64,000 nucleotides of DNA from Tricharina praecox (Eukaryota): contig NW_026250415.1 in NCBI RefSeq assembly GCF_024521635.1, positions 372,001 to 436,000 of the forward strand. The letters run 5' to 3'. The notes beneath the pieces were generated by a model. That model was not told the DNA's origin. It was given only the letters and a program-made list of their open reading frames with translations, and made no database searches. The translations under genes and the position numbers were made by a program. This document shows positions 1 through 14,217 of this stretch, in pieces; position 1 is the stretch's first letter, and each line of letters opens with the position of its first letter.

Positions 1-877
1 AAGCCCAACCCCAAGCCCAACCCCAAGCCCATACCTACACGCTGCCTGTCCAATTCCGCCTCGCTAGGCGGCGACGGCGGGCGGTAGAAGCTGGGAATTT
101 CCTCGTACGGGTTCACCGCATGCTTCTCGCGCCCGCGTTCGCTGCTGCCGTCGTCAAAGAACGTCGCGAACAGTGGCTGCGGGTACGCAGTGGTTATGCA
201 CGATGTCTCCTCGGTCGGCGGCGACGGCGATCTCGACGGTGTATGCGGTGCTGCCCGCACCCGCCGCCGATGGAACCGGACCACGCCGTTACGCTGGAAG
301 CTGGAGTGTGCCGCTGCAGCGAGCCGTTCCCTATGCACGCAATCCCCGATCAGCCGCCATCCTCTTGTTCCAGTGGACCCGCAGTCCACTCCCATTTCCG
401 TCCAGTTACTAACCTAAACTCCCTCCTCGCCGCCTCCACCCTCTTCTCGTGCTCCACCTTCTTCGCGGCTGCATCCCGCCTGATCTTGTTGAGTATCGCC
501 GCCTTCCTCAACACGCTGCCACCGCGGCCCCTGCCGCCGCGGCCTGTACCCAGCCGTGGTATCCGCAAGCCCAGGTTCGCCGCCGGGCCTGCGAACGGCG
601 ACGAGAGGCGCGAGGTGACGAGGTTCAGCCACAGCCGCCGCTTCTTCGCTGCCGGGGGGTGGCCGTCTGTGTCTGCATCCGAGAGGTCGGCGGGTCGGGC
701 GCGCTTGAGCGTGTACGTGGAGGTGTAAGTGTGCGTGTAGGTGTGCGTATGTGATGGTGCGAAGGTGAAAACTACCTCGACATCGGCGACGGCGGCCACG
801 GCGGGTGGAGCAAAGCTAAAGGTGATGTGTCCACCGGGTGTCATGGCTGGATGGAAGACATGTTGCGCGGGATCCAT
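1..877 (-). CDS. Conserved fungal hypothetical protein, 3' end runs off the window (exons ~877-414 and 330-<1)
   Basis: ORF contains KKRRLWLNLVTSRLSSPF...LRKAAILNKIR, a motif I recognise from uncharacterised Pezizomycotina proteins. GTTAGT donor at 413, GCTGAT branch and TAG acceptor at 331 give an open second exon (RERLAAAAHSSFQ...). Start could be ATG 877 or 844. Confidence 0.65.
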
Positions 878-1055
878 CGGGTTGCGTGGGGCATGCAAGT
901 GAGCTGCGCTGGGTTGTCCGTTAGGGATGGGTTGCCGTGGCGAGTGGTCGAGTGTTCAGTGTCGAGTGGACGAGCTGGCTGCTGGGACTGTGGCTGGGAC
1001 TGCGACTGGGGACCGCGGGATTTGTTTATTTCGCCGTTCGGGAAAGCAAAGCTTT

Positions 1056-1090
1056 GGTTCTGGTTCTGGTTCTGGTTCTGGTTTTGGTTC
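1056..1090. repeat. (GGTTCT)n microsatellite
   Basis: Tandem hexamer visible directly. Confidence 0.9.
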
Positions 1091-1120
1091 TTGTTCAGGG
1101 TCGGCTTCAGGCTCGGTCGA

Positions 1121-1300
1121 TGTATGTCCGTATGTCCGTATGTCCGTATGTCTGTATGTCTGTATGTCTGTATGTCTGTATGTCTGTATGTCTGTATGTC
1201 TGTATGTCTGTATGTCTGTATGTCTGTATGTCTGTATGTCTTGTCTGTATGTCTGTATGTCTGTATGTCTGTATGTCTGTATGTCTGTATGTCTGTCTGT
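1121..1300. repeat. (TATGTCTG)n 8-bp tandem repeat, about 20 copies
   Basis: Visible directly; it generates the spurious CLYVCMSV/QTYRHTDI ORFs. Confidence 0.95.
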
Positions 1301-4300
1301 CTATGTACGTTTGTATGATATGTACGTATGGTATGTAGTCCGGGCCGGGCGGGCGGGTGCTTCCTTTTCTTCTGCGCGTTGAAGATGGTGGTGTGGATGG
1401 CGGGGGGAGGGGGGGAGGGATGAATAGTCAACCTCTATATCTACCCCGAGCCCGTCCCAGAGCCCGTCCCAGTCCCCAGTCCCAGCCCATGTCCCCCAGA
1501 CCATGCATCCACCCACCCATTCACCCACCCCTCCAACGATCTCTCCGCCAAAGGCCCCTGGGCACTATCCCGCTAGCCCCAAAGACCCACCCACCCACCC
1601 ATGCACGCGAAAATCTGGGGATGGATGAAGCGAGCGAGCCCTTGGTCCTTGCCTCCCTGACTCCCTTGACTCCTTGCAGACATGTAGGCAGACAGACACA
1701 CAGACCAGACAGACCAGACAGACAGGTCAGACCATATTCTGGTCCGGGCCGGGATTGGATCCATGCGGTGAGGTGAGCGAGGTGAGAAGAAAAAAAGGGG
1801 AGGGGAGGGGAGGCATGCATGCATGCAACCCATCACCATCACCATCACCCATCACCGCCGTCCACTGCCCATCATCATCATCGTCAGTTAAAAAAAAAAG
1901 AGGAAGAAAAAAAACTGTAGGGTATGTAGGGTATGTAGGGGATGGAGGGGGGAGGAGGGATGATCACGCCGCCTTGCAGCCCAACACGGCGGTACCGTAC
2001 TCTACTCTGCCGTACTCTGCCGTGCTCTGGAGTACGGAGGGTGGGTGCAACTGTGCAACTGCAACTGCTGAATCGGTACTTGCTGGATCGATGTGTGAAT
2101 TCGCAGCTGAGCGGCCGGGGGGAGGAAGCTCACGAGTCGTCGCTGGCTTCCGTGCGAGCCCGAGTCGACCCGTGGGCTCCAGCTCCAGCACAGTCGTATG
2201 TCTCGCAAGCGAGCGTGCGAGACATAGCGCTTGGAATCGACGACGACGACGCGGTGTCTGGACTCTGGAGACACATAGAGTGCTTTTGGGTAGGCAGGTA
2301 GGCGTCGAACGCACGCACACACACTCATGGAGAAACACGCATGGAGACGTGGAGAAACACGCATGGAGAAACATCCAGGTAAGCCACCGGGCTCGGGCTC
2401 GGGCTCCAGGCCCTGGGGAATGGGAAAAGGAAAAGGGGGAGGGCGTTCGTGATGACGGTTGCTGGCTCGTGGACGAGGTTCTCGTTAGATGGAATGGGCA
2501 GAATAGTAGGCAGAATATTGGGTACTTGGGTACTTGGGTGTAGGTACTACTGGTAGGCAGTGGAGGACACTCATAGAGTACCTGTGGTACACCATTCTCT
2601 CTCCTCCCCTCCTCATTGATGCCCGATCACACCCAGAGTCCCAGCGGCGAACGCGGCAGTCCTCCTTGTGTTCCTCCCCCTCCACCTCCCTTACTCTCCT
2701 CGCCTCGCTTCGCCTTTGAGCACGCGCACAAATACGAACTACGGTCTGCGGTCTGCGGCCGAACAAACGAATTGAAGCCCACCAAGCCCCCAAGTTACCA
2801 TGGATTCAATTCGATTCGATTCAATGTTGGCGAGGCGACTGCGACTGCAACTGCAACTGCAACTGCAGATGCATGATACTCCCTCCGGTGTGTATGTAGA
2901 GTGTCAACCCAAGCCGGGGTAGTTTCTCTACTGTAGTTACAAGACCAGGATGGGAGATGCAGCAGAGCCAGATGCAGATGCACCGAGCTCGAAAAGGGCG
3001 TGCGAGCGGCCCTTAAACCTTGGCGCTGGCCACTGGCTGGTGGCGAGTGATGAAGATGGTTGGGCGGGTTGGAAAGGGTTGGGCAACGGGAAAGGTTGGG
3101 AAGGTTTGGCGTAGGCGGCGGGAAACGGTGGAAATGAGCGCCGTGGTAGCCGAGACGACGGCGGCGACTACCGTAGACGATGAACGAACGGCCGTGAGGA
3201 CTCTGGAGAAAAAAATTGTGATATCTTTGCGGGCGACCCGTAGGCTGTGGACTGTGGGCACGCACCTAATTCGATAATTCGATAACCATCTTTCGGCCTC
3301 TCTGGTTCGAGGTTCGGGGTTGGGATAGTCAGTGGTCAGTGGCCAGTAGTCACGCCCAGAGTGGTTGGCCGTCTCGTCGAGTCGAGTCGAGTCGCGGGTA
3401 GATATCGTCAGTTTAGTGTAGGTAGTGCTGTTCCGAAGACGGTTAGATATGGAATGCGCGAGACATTGGCCAATGGTCTAGTTATGGCCAGGCCGGCTGC
3501 AGTTGGTTCCTACTTGGTACACCTAGTAGGTACAAAGCTTGTAACTGCGATTCAACGTTCTCCTCGGGACCCTCCTCCACGCTTTTTCTCCTCGTGGACG
3601 GTGGCCCTCCCCTCCGAAAAGTCCGAAAAGCCCGAGCCATACGTTGCTTTTCCCGAAGGGCCAACACCCTGCCTGTCAGGCTGCTCTTCGATTTTGTTCT
3701 TTGATTTTGCCCTCCAGAGTGGAGAGTGCAGAGTCCACTTTGCCCTCCAACCTGGCCCTTTAACCTGGCCCTTTAAGCTCTAACTTTCGGTTCCTGCATT
3801 GCTACATACACCGCTGCATCACTGCACTCCATCGCCGCCACCGCCACCGTCGCCATCGCCGCCAGCAGTGAGCACAAAGGCAAGCGCGCCGCTGTAACCT
3901 TTTGTTGTCCTCCTCCTGCGCCTCTTTTCCCGTCGAGACGGCGCTCGCAGATCTCCGGGGTATTGACCGGGATGGAGAGGAGAGACTGGGACTCTGGGAG
4001 AGGTTGGGTGTGAAAAAAGGAATATGTTGGAACTTGGAGGTAAGTAGAGTACATATATGGGAATAGAGTTTGAGGGATGCGGATTCGGATTGGGAATTGG
4101 AAGTTGGGGTTAGTGCTGGTACTCTGCTGTAGGCGGGGGAAGGCTGAGAGCAGTGCTCTCGTGTCGTGTCGTGGAGTCGGGGTTGGATCGGAGGGCGTGA
4201 CACGCCCATAACCAGCAGCTGTCATGGCTATCTCTTGCGAATCCTAATTCCGATCCTGATCCCAACAGATAGCAAGCGCTTCAAAGTTCAAAGTTCAATC

Positions 4301-4846
4301 CCTTCCCTTCCCTTCCCTTCCCTTCTCGAGCTCGCTGAGTCCGTATCCCGTACGTGGCCAGTTGGAACGGGGGGAAGCGTAACCATGTTCCGCAGCAGCT
4401 CAAGACGAAACAAACAAACAAAACCCATCCAGACCGTATGCAAATGTCTTGCAGGTTGGACCGTTGGAGTGATGTTCTGCATACATATGATAGTACTCTA
4501 TGTATTGTACTTTACTTGTTACCATCCGTGCCATGACCGGGTATGTATCATAGAGTAGAGTATCTCTTCGTGGTGGAACTTGGAAGCTGTTAGTATACGG
4601 CCGGTAGGAGTGATGAGTGCACAATACACTCGCAAGAATCGCCTCGTCACTAGGTATCGGTACTAAGAGTTGTTGATTCGACACAACAGGCTCGTTTGGC
4701 TTTGCTCCCATCACTCGCAGTCAACACATAACCACCGTCTGTCGGAGTTTCTGTCGTCCGGGCTTCCGGGCTTCCGCAACCTTTGTATATCTCTGTAACT
4801 CTGTTGGTATTGTGAAACTTGTTCTTGTCGATTGCAGAGTAGGTAT

Positions 4847-4979
4847 TCATGACAGAGCTCCAACCCTGTAGATACACAGGTAGAGTACATCGCTACATAG
4901 ACGGTTGGATGTTTCTCACGACAGAGCTTCAACCCTGTATTCTACACAAATAGTTAGATAGATGGTTGGATGTTTCTCA
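4847..4979. repeat. Degenerate ~65-70 bp tandem duplication
   Basis: gacagagctYcaaccctgta...atagaYggttggatgtttctca occurs twice in tandem. Confidence 0.8.
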
Positions 4980-7900
4980 GCAACAACCCAGTCCGGCGTA
5001 CGCCCACCTTCATACATACTCTTCATACCTGCCTGCCCGCGAGTCAGTGGCTGAGACTGGAACTCAAACTCGAACATGAGTTATTTTTCTGCCGTGTTTC
5101 TTCAGCTTCCGTCTCCAGAATCCAGATTCCGTCTCCTCTCGGGTTCACGCACAGGGACGGACGTCCGTCGAGGCTGTTGACGAGGATGATTCCGGACGGA
5201 GATGAGATGGAATCCCCAGCCCAGTTCAGTCCAAAACAAACGGGGACGGAGACGGCAGCGGGAATGGAAGTGGATGGTGATTGGTGATTGGTGATTGGTG
5301 AATGGCGAACCCGGTTGGCTGGCGTCCCGTTGCGTTGCATGTCGACTCTCGAGACTCGAGACTCGATGCGTCGCCCGTGTACATACGAGTACGAGTACGT
5401 AATAGCAGCGGCAGCAGGAGCAGGAGTAGCAGCAGGAGCAGCGTCTCTTTGAGTCCTCTCATTTCACCGCCGCTGTGGTGCACCGCACCGCCAGCTCGCA
5501 CAGCCAGCTGTGGAGCCCATCATACCGGTATCTACTGCCTATACCGTAGAGTACTGCGTCGTGAAAGCGATTCCCCCGAATGGCGGCACATGTGTAGGGT
5601 ACCTATGTTAGGGTTAGTTGGGCTAGGCGAAGATCAGCACGCTACTGGATACTGCTAGCATGGCAACTGTCGAACGCTCGTGCCGTCGCACCATCACCGT
5701 CCAGGCCAGCTAGAGAAATCCGCCTGTTTTTCTTTCTGCCTTTGAAAACACACCGTGCCCAGAGCAAAACTTGACGATGCTCGTGTGCTACCTACACGAG
5801 TAGAGTGAGTATCCACTTCCTTCCTCTACCACATACCGGTATGTAGTAGCTATTGCAGGTCGACGTTACTCTACGCTCTCTCCGGCAGCGATCCATACCC
5901 CGCCCCGTTGAACTTCTTGGCTGGCAGCTGGCTGGCTCCGTTGTTTCTTTTTCGTCTGGCAGGCCGGCCGGCCAACCACGAATCGTCGATCGTGTCGATT
6001 CGCGATCACCGATTCCCCACAGTAGCAGTGCCGTGTGGTTCTCCGCACTCTGTTTCGCTGCTGCGGCAACGCGAAGGGGGGAGGGAGAGGGGGGAGGGGG
6101 AAAACAAATGTGATGTCCGAACAGCGGTAGGTACCGTAGCCAAGTTTGCGTGCGTGCGTGCGTACGTGCGTATTGTCGTGTCTGTCCGTCGGCTGGAGGC
6201 CGGTTGGCTGGCTGGCTGGCTGATGGCGAAAGTTGACGATGCTGCCGGTGATGGCGAGAAAAAAAACAGGTTGTGACGATAGTTACTCTACCTACGGCTT
6301 CATTCGTTCCTCCGTGTTCCGCGTTTGTTGCTGCCGTGATGCTCCTGCTGCTGCTCCTGCTGCAACGTCCACAGAAGCCAATCTTGTTACATAAAACGAA
6401 CGCAAAAATCTGCTGTCGCGCTTCGAGCGAACGAGCGAGTGAGTGAGCACCCCTCGTCGAACTTTCCGGAGATCTGCGACGGCCTGCGTCTGGGTTAGCT
6501 GCAGTCTGCCGGTCTGCGGTCTGCAGGATGCACTGCAGCATGGCTCTGTCCGTCCGCTGTCCTCGTGGCACAGCTCGCGGCTGGTGGTTGTGGAGAGTAG
6601 AGATGTAGAGTAGGGGATCGAAAGGCTAAGGCCGTTGGTCACTGGTGATCCTGCTGCCTATGGAAGAGGTATGTAGAGTACCAACCCCGTAGGAAAGAGG
6701 GAAGGAGGGGAGGAGGGAAGGGAAGGAGTCTGGCCTGTGGGAAGGGGGAGGGAGAGGTTCTAGTGCACTGTAACGTAACCGCTGACCGCGAAGGCGGAAA
6801 CGGCCACGGCGGCAGTGGCGATAGAGTGTACTCTCAGATCTCAGCTCACAGATTCAGCTCTCAGCTCTCTCTCCCTCTCCCGCCCATCGCCGAGGCGTTC
6901 GTTCGTTCGGATTGGATTAGAATGCGGGCTGCAAGCACTAAAAACCGGCAATCCCTTCCCCCTTCTCCCTCCTCCCTCCTCCCTCCTCCCTCCTCCCGCC
7001 TCCGTTCTCGTCACTTCCCTCGCCTCCCTCCCCCGAGCTGCATAAGGCTGCTTGCAGCACTCGCGCTGCTGTCCACGAAGCGCCTCCCACCCCCCTCCCC
7101 GATTGCAGTCAAGAACCCAGATCTCCATCGCTAACTAGAGTACTCTAGTTAACGTTTCTAGTTCAGACGCTGCACAGGTGGGACATCCATCCATCCATCC
7201 ACCCATCCATCCACTTCGCACCACCGATGGCTCGCAGCTAGTTCCTCTAGAGTAGAGTGGAGTGCGGAGGCGGCGGCGGCCACACACACCCCAAATCTGG
7301 AGGTGTTTCGGCATTGCAGCGGAGGCTACGGTATCCATTGGTGCTGGGCGCTGACTATCGTCGTAACTATCGTCGTATCGTTGGTGTTGTGGTTTTTTTT
7401 TGGGTGTTTACTTTTTGGCTGAGATGTTCCTACGGACCTACGGTCGAACCCAGGGGCCAGGTGGTGCGTGTGGAGAAGACGGTAAGCCACCGGGTTTCCC
7501 CATACGTTCTTTTCCCCCCCGCTCGGTCTGATCCGAAGTACGGATTTGGTTTGAACTCTCTTGGGCTCGATCATGCCTTCGCTGGAGAAACTCTCCTCCG
7601 CATGGAGTTGTATCCCGTGCAGAGTAGGTACAATCCACACCTTCCCAGTCCACGTCGGTCAGTGGTTATACTCTACCTATGTGAATAGCCGTTGCAAGCG
7701 CCATGTCCGTCCGGTGTCCGTCCGGCGTCCGTCCAGTGCCCACGGAAGAACAGAAACTTCCTCAAACTTTGAAGCATGCATTTGCATGTTGCATTCCCAG
7801 TCTCCGTCGTGACTGGCAGTGCAGTGCAGTGCACTGCAGTTTCCATGGGGCACTGCGGGGCGGACAGAGAGAAAGAAAAGAAAGAGCAACTTGAAAGAAA

Positions 7901-10557
7901 GAAAGAAGCAAAGAGCACTCCAGGTCAGGCCGACAATGTTCACAGTTCGAACGTGGATTGGCCAGCGTGGTCTCCCCGGAACTTGAAAGAAGAAAAAACG
8001 GATGTGGATGGTGAGCCGTTGTTGCACGAGGCTGCATATAGCTGAAGAATTTGCTTCGCTCTGCTTTGCGCGACGAGACGAGACGTCGTACAGCATGACG
8101 AGGATGGGAGGGAGGGCTCAGGAGGCTGTCAAATGATGAGATGAAACACGAGGGCGGGCGGCGGAAGAAGAAAATATACGGTAGGTACTCCATGGACTTT
8201 GAAGTTTAAAGGGTATGGAGATACTATTTAGGTAGTTGAACGCCTGCGATGATGTCTCATGTCTCACTGCCCTGTGGAAAAGGTAGGTACCGTAGGTACT
8301 GATGTCTGCGGATACACCCTGTGGGTATATGTAGTACCTATACTCGACCGGCGGTATCCTATTGTATGTACAAAGGCAGGTAGTACATACTGCCTAGCAA
8401 GCACATACAGCATCATAGATTAAGCCGGGCGATTGAAGGAGCGTTTAGGTTTTTCTTCCGCCGGCTTACATTTGACGTATACCGTAGATATGCCAGGAAC
8501 CCAGGTCCCATGGCCCCATATGCGTTAACAAGAACCATGGATAGAAATGCTCAATCCACCTACCTACTCTACCTGTTGGTAGGCATTGAACGGTCTGTCT
8601 GTCGTGTCGGAAGGCGGGGGGACGTGACGGCAGTGAGGAAGTATGTAGAGTACGAACCATGGATCATGACCGACCATTCTCGCAGGCCGAACCCCCCAGG
8701 GCCCATCATCAGTGTCACCCAAACCAACCCCTCTTTCCTTTCTTTCCTCTCTTTCCTTCCTTCTTTACACCTTCGCTGCATCCAGATTCCATACATCCAT
8801 ACATCCATACCGTAGCCCATAGCGAACCCCGTGGCCAGTAGCCACCAGCCATGCCGGAAATCCCGACAAAACAAAACAAAGCAAAGAAAGAAAGAAAAGT
8901 CGCCCCGCCCCACCCCTCCCCGCCCAAAACGAAAAGGAAAAGGGAAAAAAAAAGGAAAAGGGAAAAAAAAAGGAAAAGGAAAAAAAAAAGAAGAAAGAAA
9001 AAAAGGAAATATTTTTCGTTCGGCCTGGGCCGTTCCAATTTCGCACTAGGTGGGGCCCGGTGATGCCGTGACGGTGACGGTGATGGTGACGGTTCCGTCA
9101 CTGTTCAGTGTTCAGTGTGCAGTGTGCAGTGTTCAGTGTTCACGGCTGTTTCTGTTTCTGTTTGTTCCCGTTAGAAGGATTCTAGAACGATAGGTGCTGA
9201 GAGACGAGAGATGAGACGAGAACATGCCCCTCTTTGGAAATTACCCAGGTCTCGTCGTATGCAATAGCTAGAGCCGGGATATATAGTGGGTGCTTCTAGA
9301 ATTTCCACCGCGTCATGCATCACGGCCCACGGCTCGCCTCAGGCCTGGGCTTGAATATTTGCCGGATGTATCTTGACGAGAGCGTCGAAGATGTAGGTAG
9401 AGTATGAAGTTGTAACGGACCACCAACGGTCACCGGTCGATCACTTCGAGGAGTTGCTTCCGGAAGGAATTCTCTCGAAAGCCGTGGAGTATTCTGGTCA
9501 TTGTAGAGTAGGGAGTACTCTACAGGGCGGCTGGCTGCAGTTTGACATGTCATGTCCCGCGCAGTACGCACGGAGACACGATCGGCTTGAGGTAGGTACT
9601 CGCATAATGTACGTACATATCCGTCCCGGTCGCCCGTCGCCCGCCATAAGGCCCGGCGTCGGGATGGTCGCGTTGCTCGCACGAATCCAATGGTTACTAA
9701 TGATCGCGTCGGTATATTCGGTACACACCTAGGTATTAGGTTCGGTCACCCTCAACAGGAAATCCTAACCTTGGGCTGGATTGACAGATATTAAAGTTTT
9801 TGGAAAGCATTTGACATGTATAACCGATCACTCAGTTACCAGCAGATATCTCTCCCTATCTTGACTCGCGAGCTTTCGGTTACGTGGAGTGACAGTTCAT
9901 GTGTGGAATAGACAGGTGATGGTGGCGGACCTCTGGTGATATGCTATGAGTGAGACGAGGTGCCTCGCGCTAGTAACCGTGGCGACGGCTCGGCTTGGCT
10001 TGGGTTTTGGCGTTTCCCCAATGACGTGCATCGCCTCTGATGACAATAATGTCACTGCACCTCGTCCAGCGACTTCCAAGGTACACGTTGAAAACAAGAA
10101 GCTGTCAGTCTACTTTATTCGCCTGCTGCGATACTTGCTCAGCTGCTCCAGAGTACTTTGCCCCCCTCGCCCCCATATTCAAGCATTGCGTGAATGGGAG
10201 CTCTCGCATGAACACGTCTCTTTCGCTCTCGTGCCTCTTCTTCTAGTTGTAACTTCCCAGTGATTTACACCAGGGAGTTCTTTGATCAGCACTCGGCCAC
10301 CCACCAGCCCGCACCCTGCACTGACTACCACCACCGCGCGGCGTCGATCTGGCATCTGGCATATCGCCCCCGATTCTTATCTTATCCGGACCTCACGTCT
10401 TCCCCTGGTCCGCCGACGACGCCGCCGCCGACATCTCTGTCCAGAAAACCTACCTATCGCTTCACGACACCACCACCCCCGTGCGTAGGAGTAATCTCGG
10501 ACCTCCTCGTATACAGTGCTAGCTACCTGTAGCACCCCGCCGTCAGTCAACGCCAAC

Positions 10558-13500
10558 ATGTCGACGTCGATGAGCTTACCTTCGATCAAGATATCCAAGA
10601 ACGTGTTGGGCGGAGCTGGCAGGAAGAGCGTCGAGGTGCCCACGCCAATCAGCGAGATCGAGACTCCAACCTCTCCCGTAACAGAGAGCGATCGGCCAGA
10701 TACAGGCGGGAGGGTAGACAGTTAGTTCCACTCCCCACTCCCCACTCCCCACTCCCCACTCCCAACTCCCCACTCCCCCGCAGATCCGCGCTCGGTGTGG
10801 GCGCCGGTTTCAGTGGTAGACCGGAGAACATGCATGGCTAAACAAAGGTGCGCGAACTTTCCAGGTCCAAAAGCTTCGACGCACGCGTCGGCGCTCATCA
10901 AGGCCGATATCGAGAAACCATCGACGCCCCCACGAACAGCTACCGCTCGAAGGGGAACTCTGCCGCGGGAGTCCACCGCCGACCCCGTAACTCTATCGAT
11001 CCTGCGTCGTACCGGCACCGAAAACGCCTCGTCGAAAATCCTCCGGAACGACGGCAGCGATGATTTCGATAAGGGTGGTGGTGGTGGCGGCGGTGGAGGT
11101 GGTGGTGGGAGTGGGGGCGGTAATGCGCAGGGCGGAATGAGTGCCAGTGGACGGGTGGATAGTACAAAGTCGGGACTGCGCACGCAGACCGGAGGGAAAA
11201 AGTGCCGATCACCAACCGGGCTTCCCGTTCAATGGGCGCCTCGTCTCGTAATAATTATGCATGGATGCTGACAAGGTTGCAGGAAAGGCGTATCGTTTCT
11301 CAGCCGCATCATGGGAAACAAGAAAAAGGCGGCCGACGAACTGGAAGACACCGACTCGTTTGATGGCGATCGGAGGACCGAGGGCATGGATGCTGCTGTG
11401 TTCTCCCAACCGATTGGATTCACTCCTACTTTCCCGGCGCCGCCAAAATATATCCGGGTTGGCTACCCGAGATCCAACTTCGAATCAACGTTTTGTCTAA
11501 CGGTGATCTGATAGGTTCATGCGCACCAAAAGCCTCAGCGCGACTTCAACCAGATATTCCTGGCCCAAGAGCTTACCACAGACGCCCCACCCGCGGAAAA
11601 CGGCCATGCGAAGGACGAAAACGCGGAAGACTTCGATCCCAACGCAGCAAAGTCCGGTGCCATTTGGGCCATGAAATTCAGCAAGGACGGAAAATATCTT
11701 GCTGCAGCTGGAAAGGACAAAGTCGTGAGGGTATGGCAGGTATTGGGCTCCAACGACGATCGTACCACGCATGAGCAGGGGGAGGATGCGGCAGGAACCA
11801 TGGATGGAGAAGGCGAGGACCCGTATGCGGATGGCCATGGTGTGCGGCTTAATGCGCCCGTCTTCATGACTGAACCAATACAACAATATCACGGTCACAC
11901 CGGGGATGTGCTGGACTTGAGCTGGAGCAAGGTAGGTACCGGACATGCATCCGGGAAAATAAGGGAGGCTGCTGACGAGTGATCAGAATAACTTCCTCCT
12001 ATCGTCATCCATGGATAAAACTGTGAGGCTGTGGCACGTCACTCGGAAAGAGTGCCTGTGCTGCTTCCAACACAGTGATTTCGTCACTTCGATCGCGTTT
12101 CACCCGCGAGACGACAGGTTCTTCCTGGCTGGTTCTCTCGACTCGAAGCTGCGCTTGTGGAGTATTCCGGATAAGAGTGTTGCGTTCTGGAACGAGTTGC
12201 CGGATCTGATAACGGCCGTTGCATTCACACCGGACGGGCGGATGGCTATCGCAGGCTGCTTGAACGGTCTCTGCTTGTTCTACGAAACAGAGGGACTCCG
12301 CTACCATACTCAGCTGCACGTCCGATCATCGCACGGGCGGAACGCTAAGGGCAGCAAGATTACCGGCATCGAGACGGTGACATTCCCACCCAACGACCCT
12401 AACGGTGATGTCAAGATTTTGGTCACCAGTAATGACTCGAGGGTTCGGATGTACAACGCTCGTGACAAGAGCCTCGAAACGAAGTTCAAGGGCTACGAGA
12501 ACACATGCAGTCAGATACACGCGAGCTTCAGTGATGACAACAAATACATTATTAGTGGAAGTGAGGATCGAAAGGTTTACATCTGGAACGTTGGTTCCGG
12601 TGACGCCGACAAGAAGGACAAGAGGCCGGTGGAGTTCTTTGAGGCGCATTCGGCCATCGTCACGGTTGCCATCATGGCCCCAATCAAGACCAAGCAACTA
12701 CTGAGCCAATCCGGTGACCCCATCTTCGATCTCTGCAACCCGCCTCCGGTCACGCTGGTCAGCCGCACGGAATCCGTCACGTCCTCCAAGAAGACGCTCA
12801 CGGCCCCTCCATCCACTGTCGGCGGAGACGACCACGTCTCAGCCGCGGGAGACGCCATAAAGCCGAGTGCATCCTGGAATGCGCGGTCTGCACATTCCGC
12901 AGGCAACATCATCGTGACCGCGGACTATTCCGGCCACATCAAGATCTTCCGCCAGGACTGCGCCGCAACCAAGCGCAGGAACGAGTCATGGGAGACGGCC
13001 TCACTGTCGAAGAGGATCGGAACCGGAATCCTTAGAAAGGGCTCGCTCAGCCATGCCTCGCCCGACAGGATAATGTCTTGGCGCCAGAGCATCGCGTCGA
13101 CCCATAGTTTGGAGGCGGGATCCATACGAAGCCGGAACTCGATCGCAGACCTGGGTTCAGGAGTTCGCAACTCATCCCCTAGGAACAGCGTCATGTCCAT
13201 CGGCTCCACAAGCTCCAAGTTTGGCCGGGGAGTTGGTAGCCTCCGCTCCCGCGCGCAATCGCTTTCGCAAGGCGGCGGCAACTCCAAAGCCCGGAACGGT
13301 AGTGCCAACCGGAACTCTGTCCGCAGCGAACACGAGACCCACGACGCCAAGCAGCAGCAACAGCAACACAGGGACTCCCAGCTCACGCGCGAGCTGACAC
13401 CCCAATCCAGCAACATCTCGGAGGGCGGCCGCGGGAAGCTGCCAAGGAATATCGTTTCTTCGGATGAAGACGAAGATGGCATTTTTAGCTCCGACGCCGA

Positions 13501-13686
13501 GAGTGAGGGTGAGGCTGTTCGATGTAGAAAATGCAGCAGCACAAGCTTCAAGGCCAAGCAGAGACGGGGAGAACATAAGCTGGTTTGCGTAAAGTAAGTG
13601 TGCTCCACTCCATTCACACCGAGGACTTGCATGCAGGATGCAGACAAAATAACTAACACTGTGCCAGATGCAATACTGTAATGTGA
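10558..13686 (+). CDS. WD40-repeat protein, WDR44 / yeast YMR102C-DGR2-like, with C-terminal CxxC..CxxC (6 exons)
   Basis: Introns 10721-10864 (or -10783), 11202-11282, 11458-11514, 11932-11986 and 13594-13667. Motifs [101 protein letters not shown]. Confidence 0.9.
10727..10778. repeat. (CCCCACT)n heptamer repeat inside the first WD40 intron
   Basis: Visible directly. Confidence 0.9.
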
Positions 13687-14217
13687 TTGCGCGAGAGAGC
13701 GGTGGGTTGTGCTGCGATTGTGTGTACTGTACGATAGTTTCCTCCGTCCTGTCCTGTTCTTACATACTAGATACCGTGTCTCCGTTTCCGTTCCATTCTC
13801 GTGTGGCAACGTAGCTTACCTACTCTGTGGTGCCTTGTGCGTGTGCGTGTGCATAGGCATGCGAGTGTATATTTCTCGTAGGGATTGTTCGTTTTTTTGC
13901 TGTTGCTACTAGGTACATACCTCTACATTTCCCGGCCATGTTCTGGCACTCGATTCTTCCGTATGTACTTGCTTGTACTCTAATTGCTACTACTACTTGG
14001 TACCGACTCCGTTCCTCGTCCTGCTTTTCTAGGGGAGGGGGGGCGAAGCGCGAGGGGATAGAAGGTGGGCAATCATATGGGATGATCATTCCGGTGGATG
14101 AATCGCAGGGCGTACTACCTAGTAGAGCATCACGGCGGTGACGAGTGACGGGTCTGTCCGTGTTTTCGTGTTTTTCCTCGTGACGGGGTTCAAGACCAGA
14201 GACAGAGACCCTCTCGT

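Noticed and set aside
827-1431. Several 130-200 aa ORFs with periodic sequence
   Set aside because: They are translations of the (TATGTCTG)n and (GGTTCT)n microsatellites.
12925-13809. Long antisense ORFs over the WD40 gene (likewise over ETFA, MRPL6, ZPR1 and COX11)
   Set aside because: Shadow ORFs of GC-rich coding sequence.
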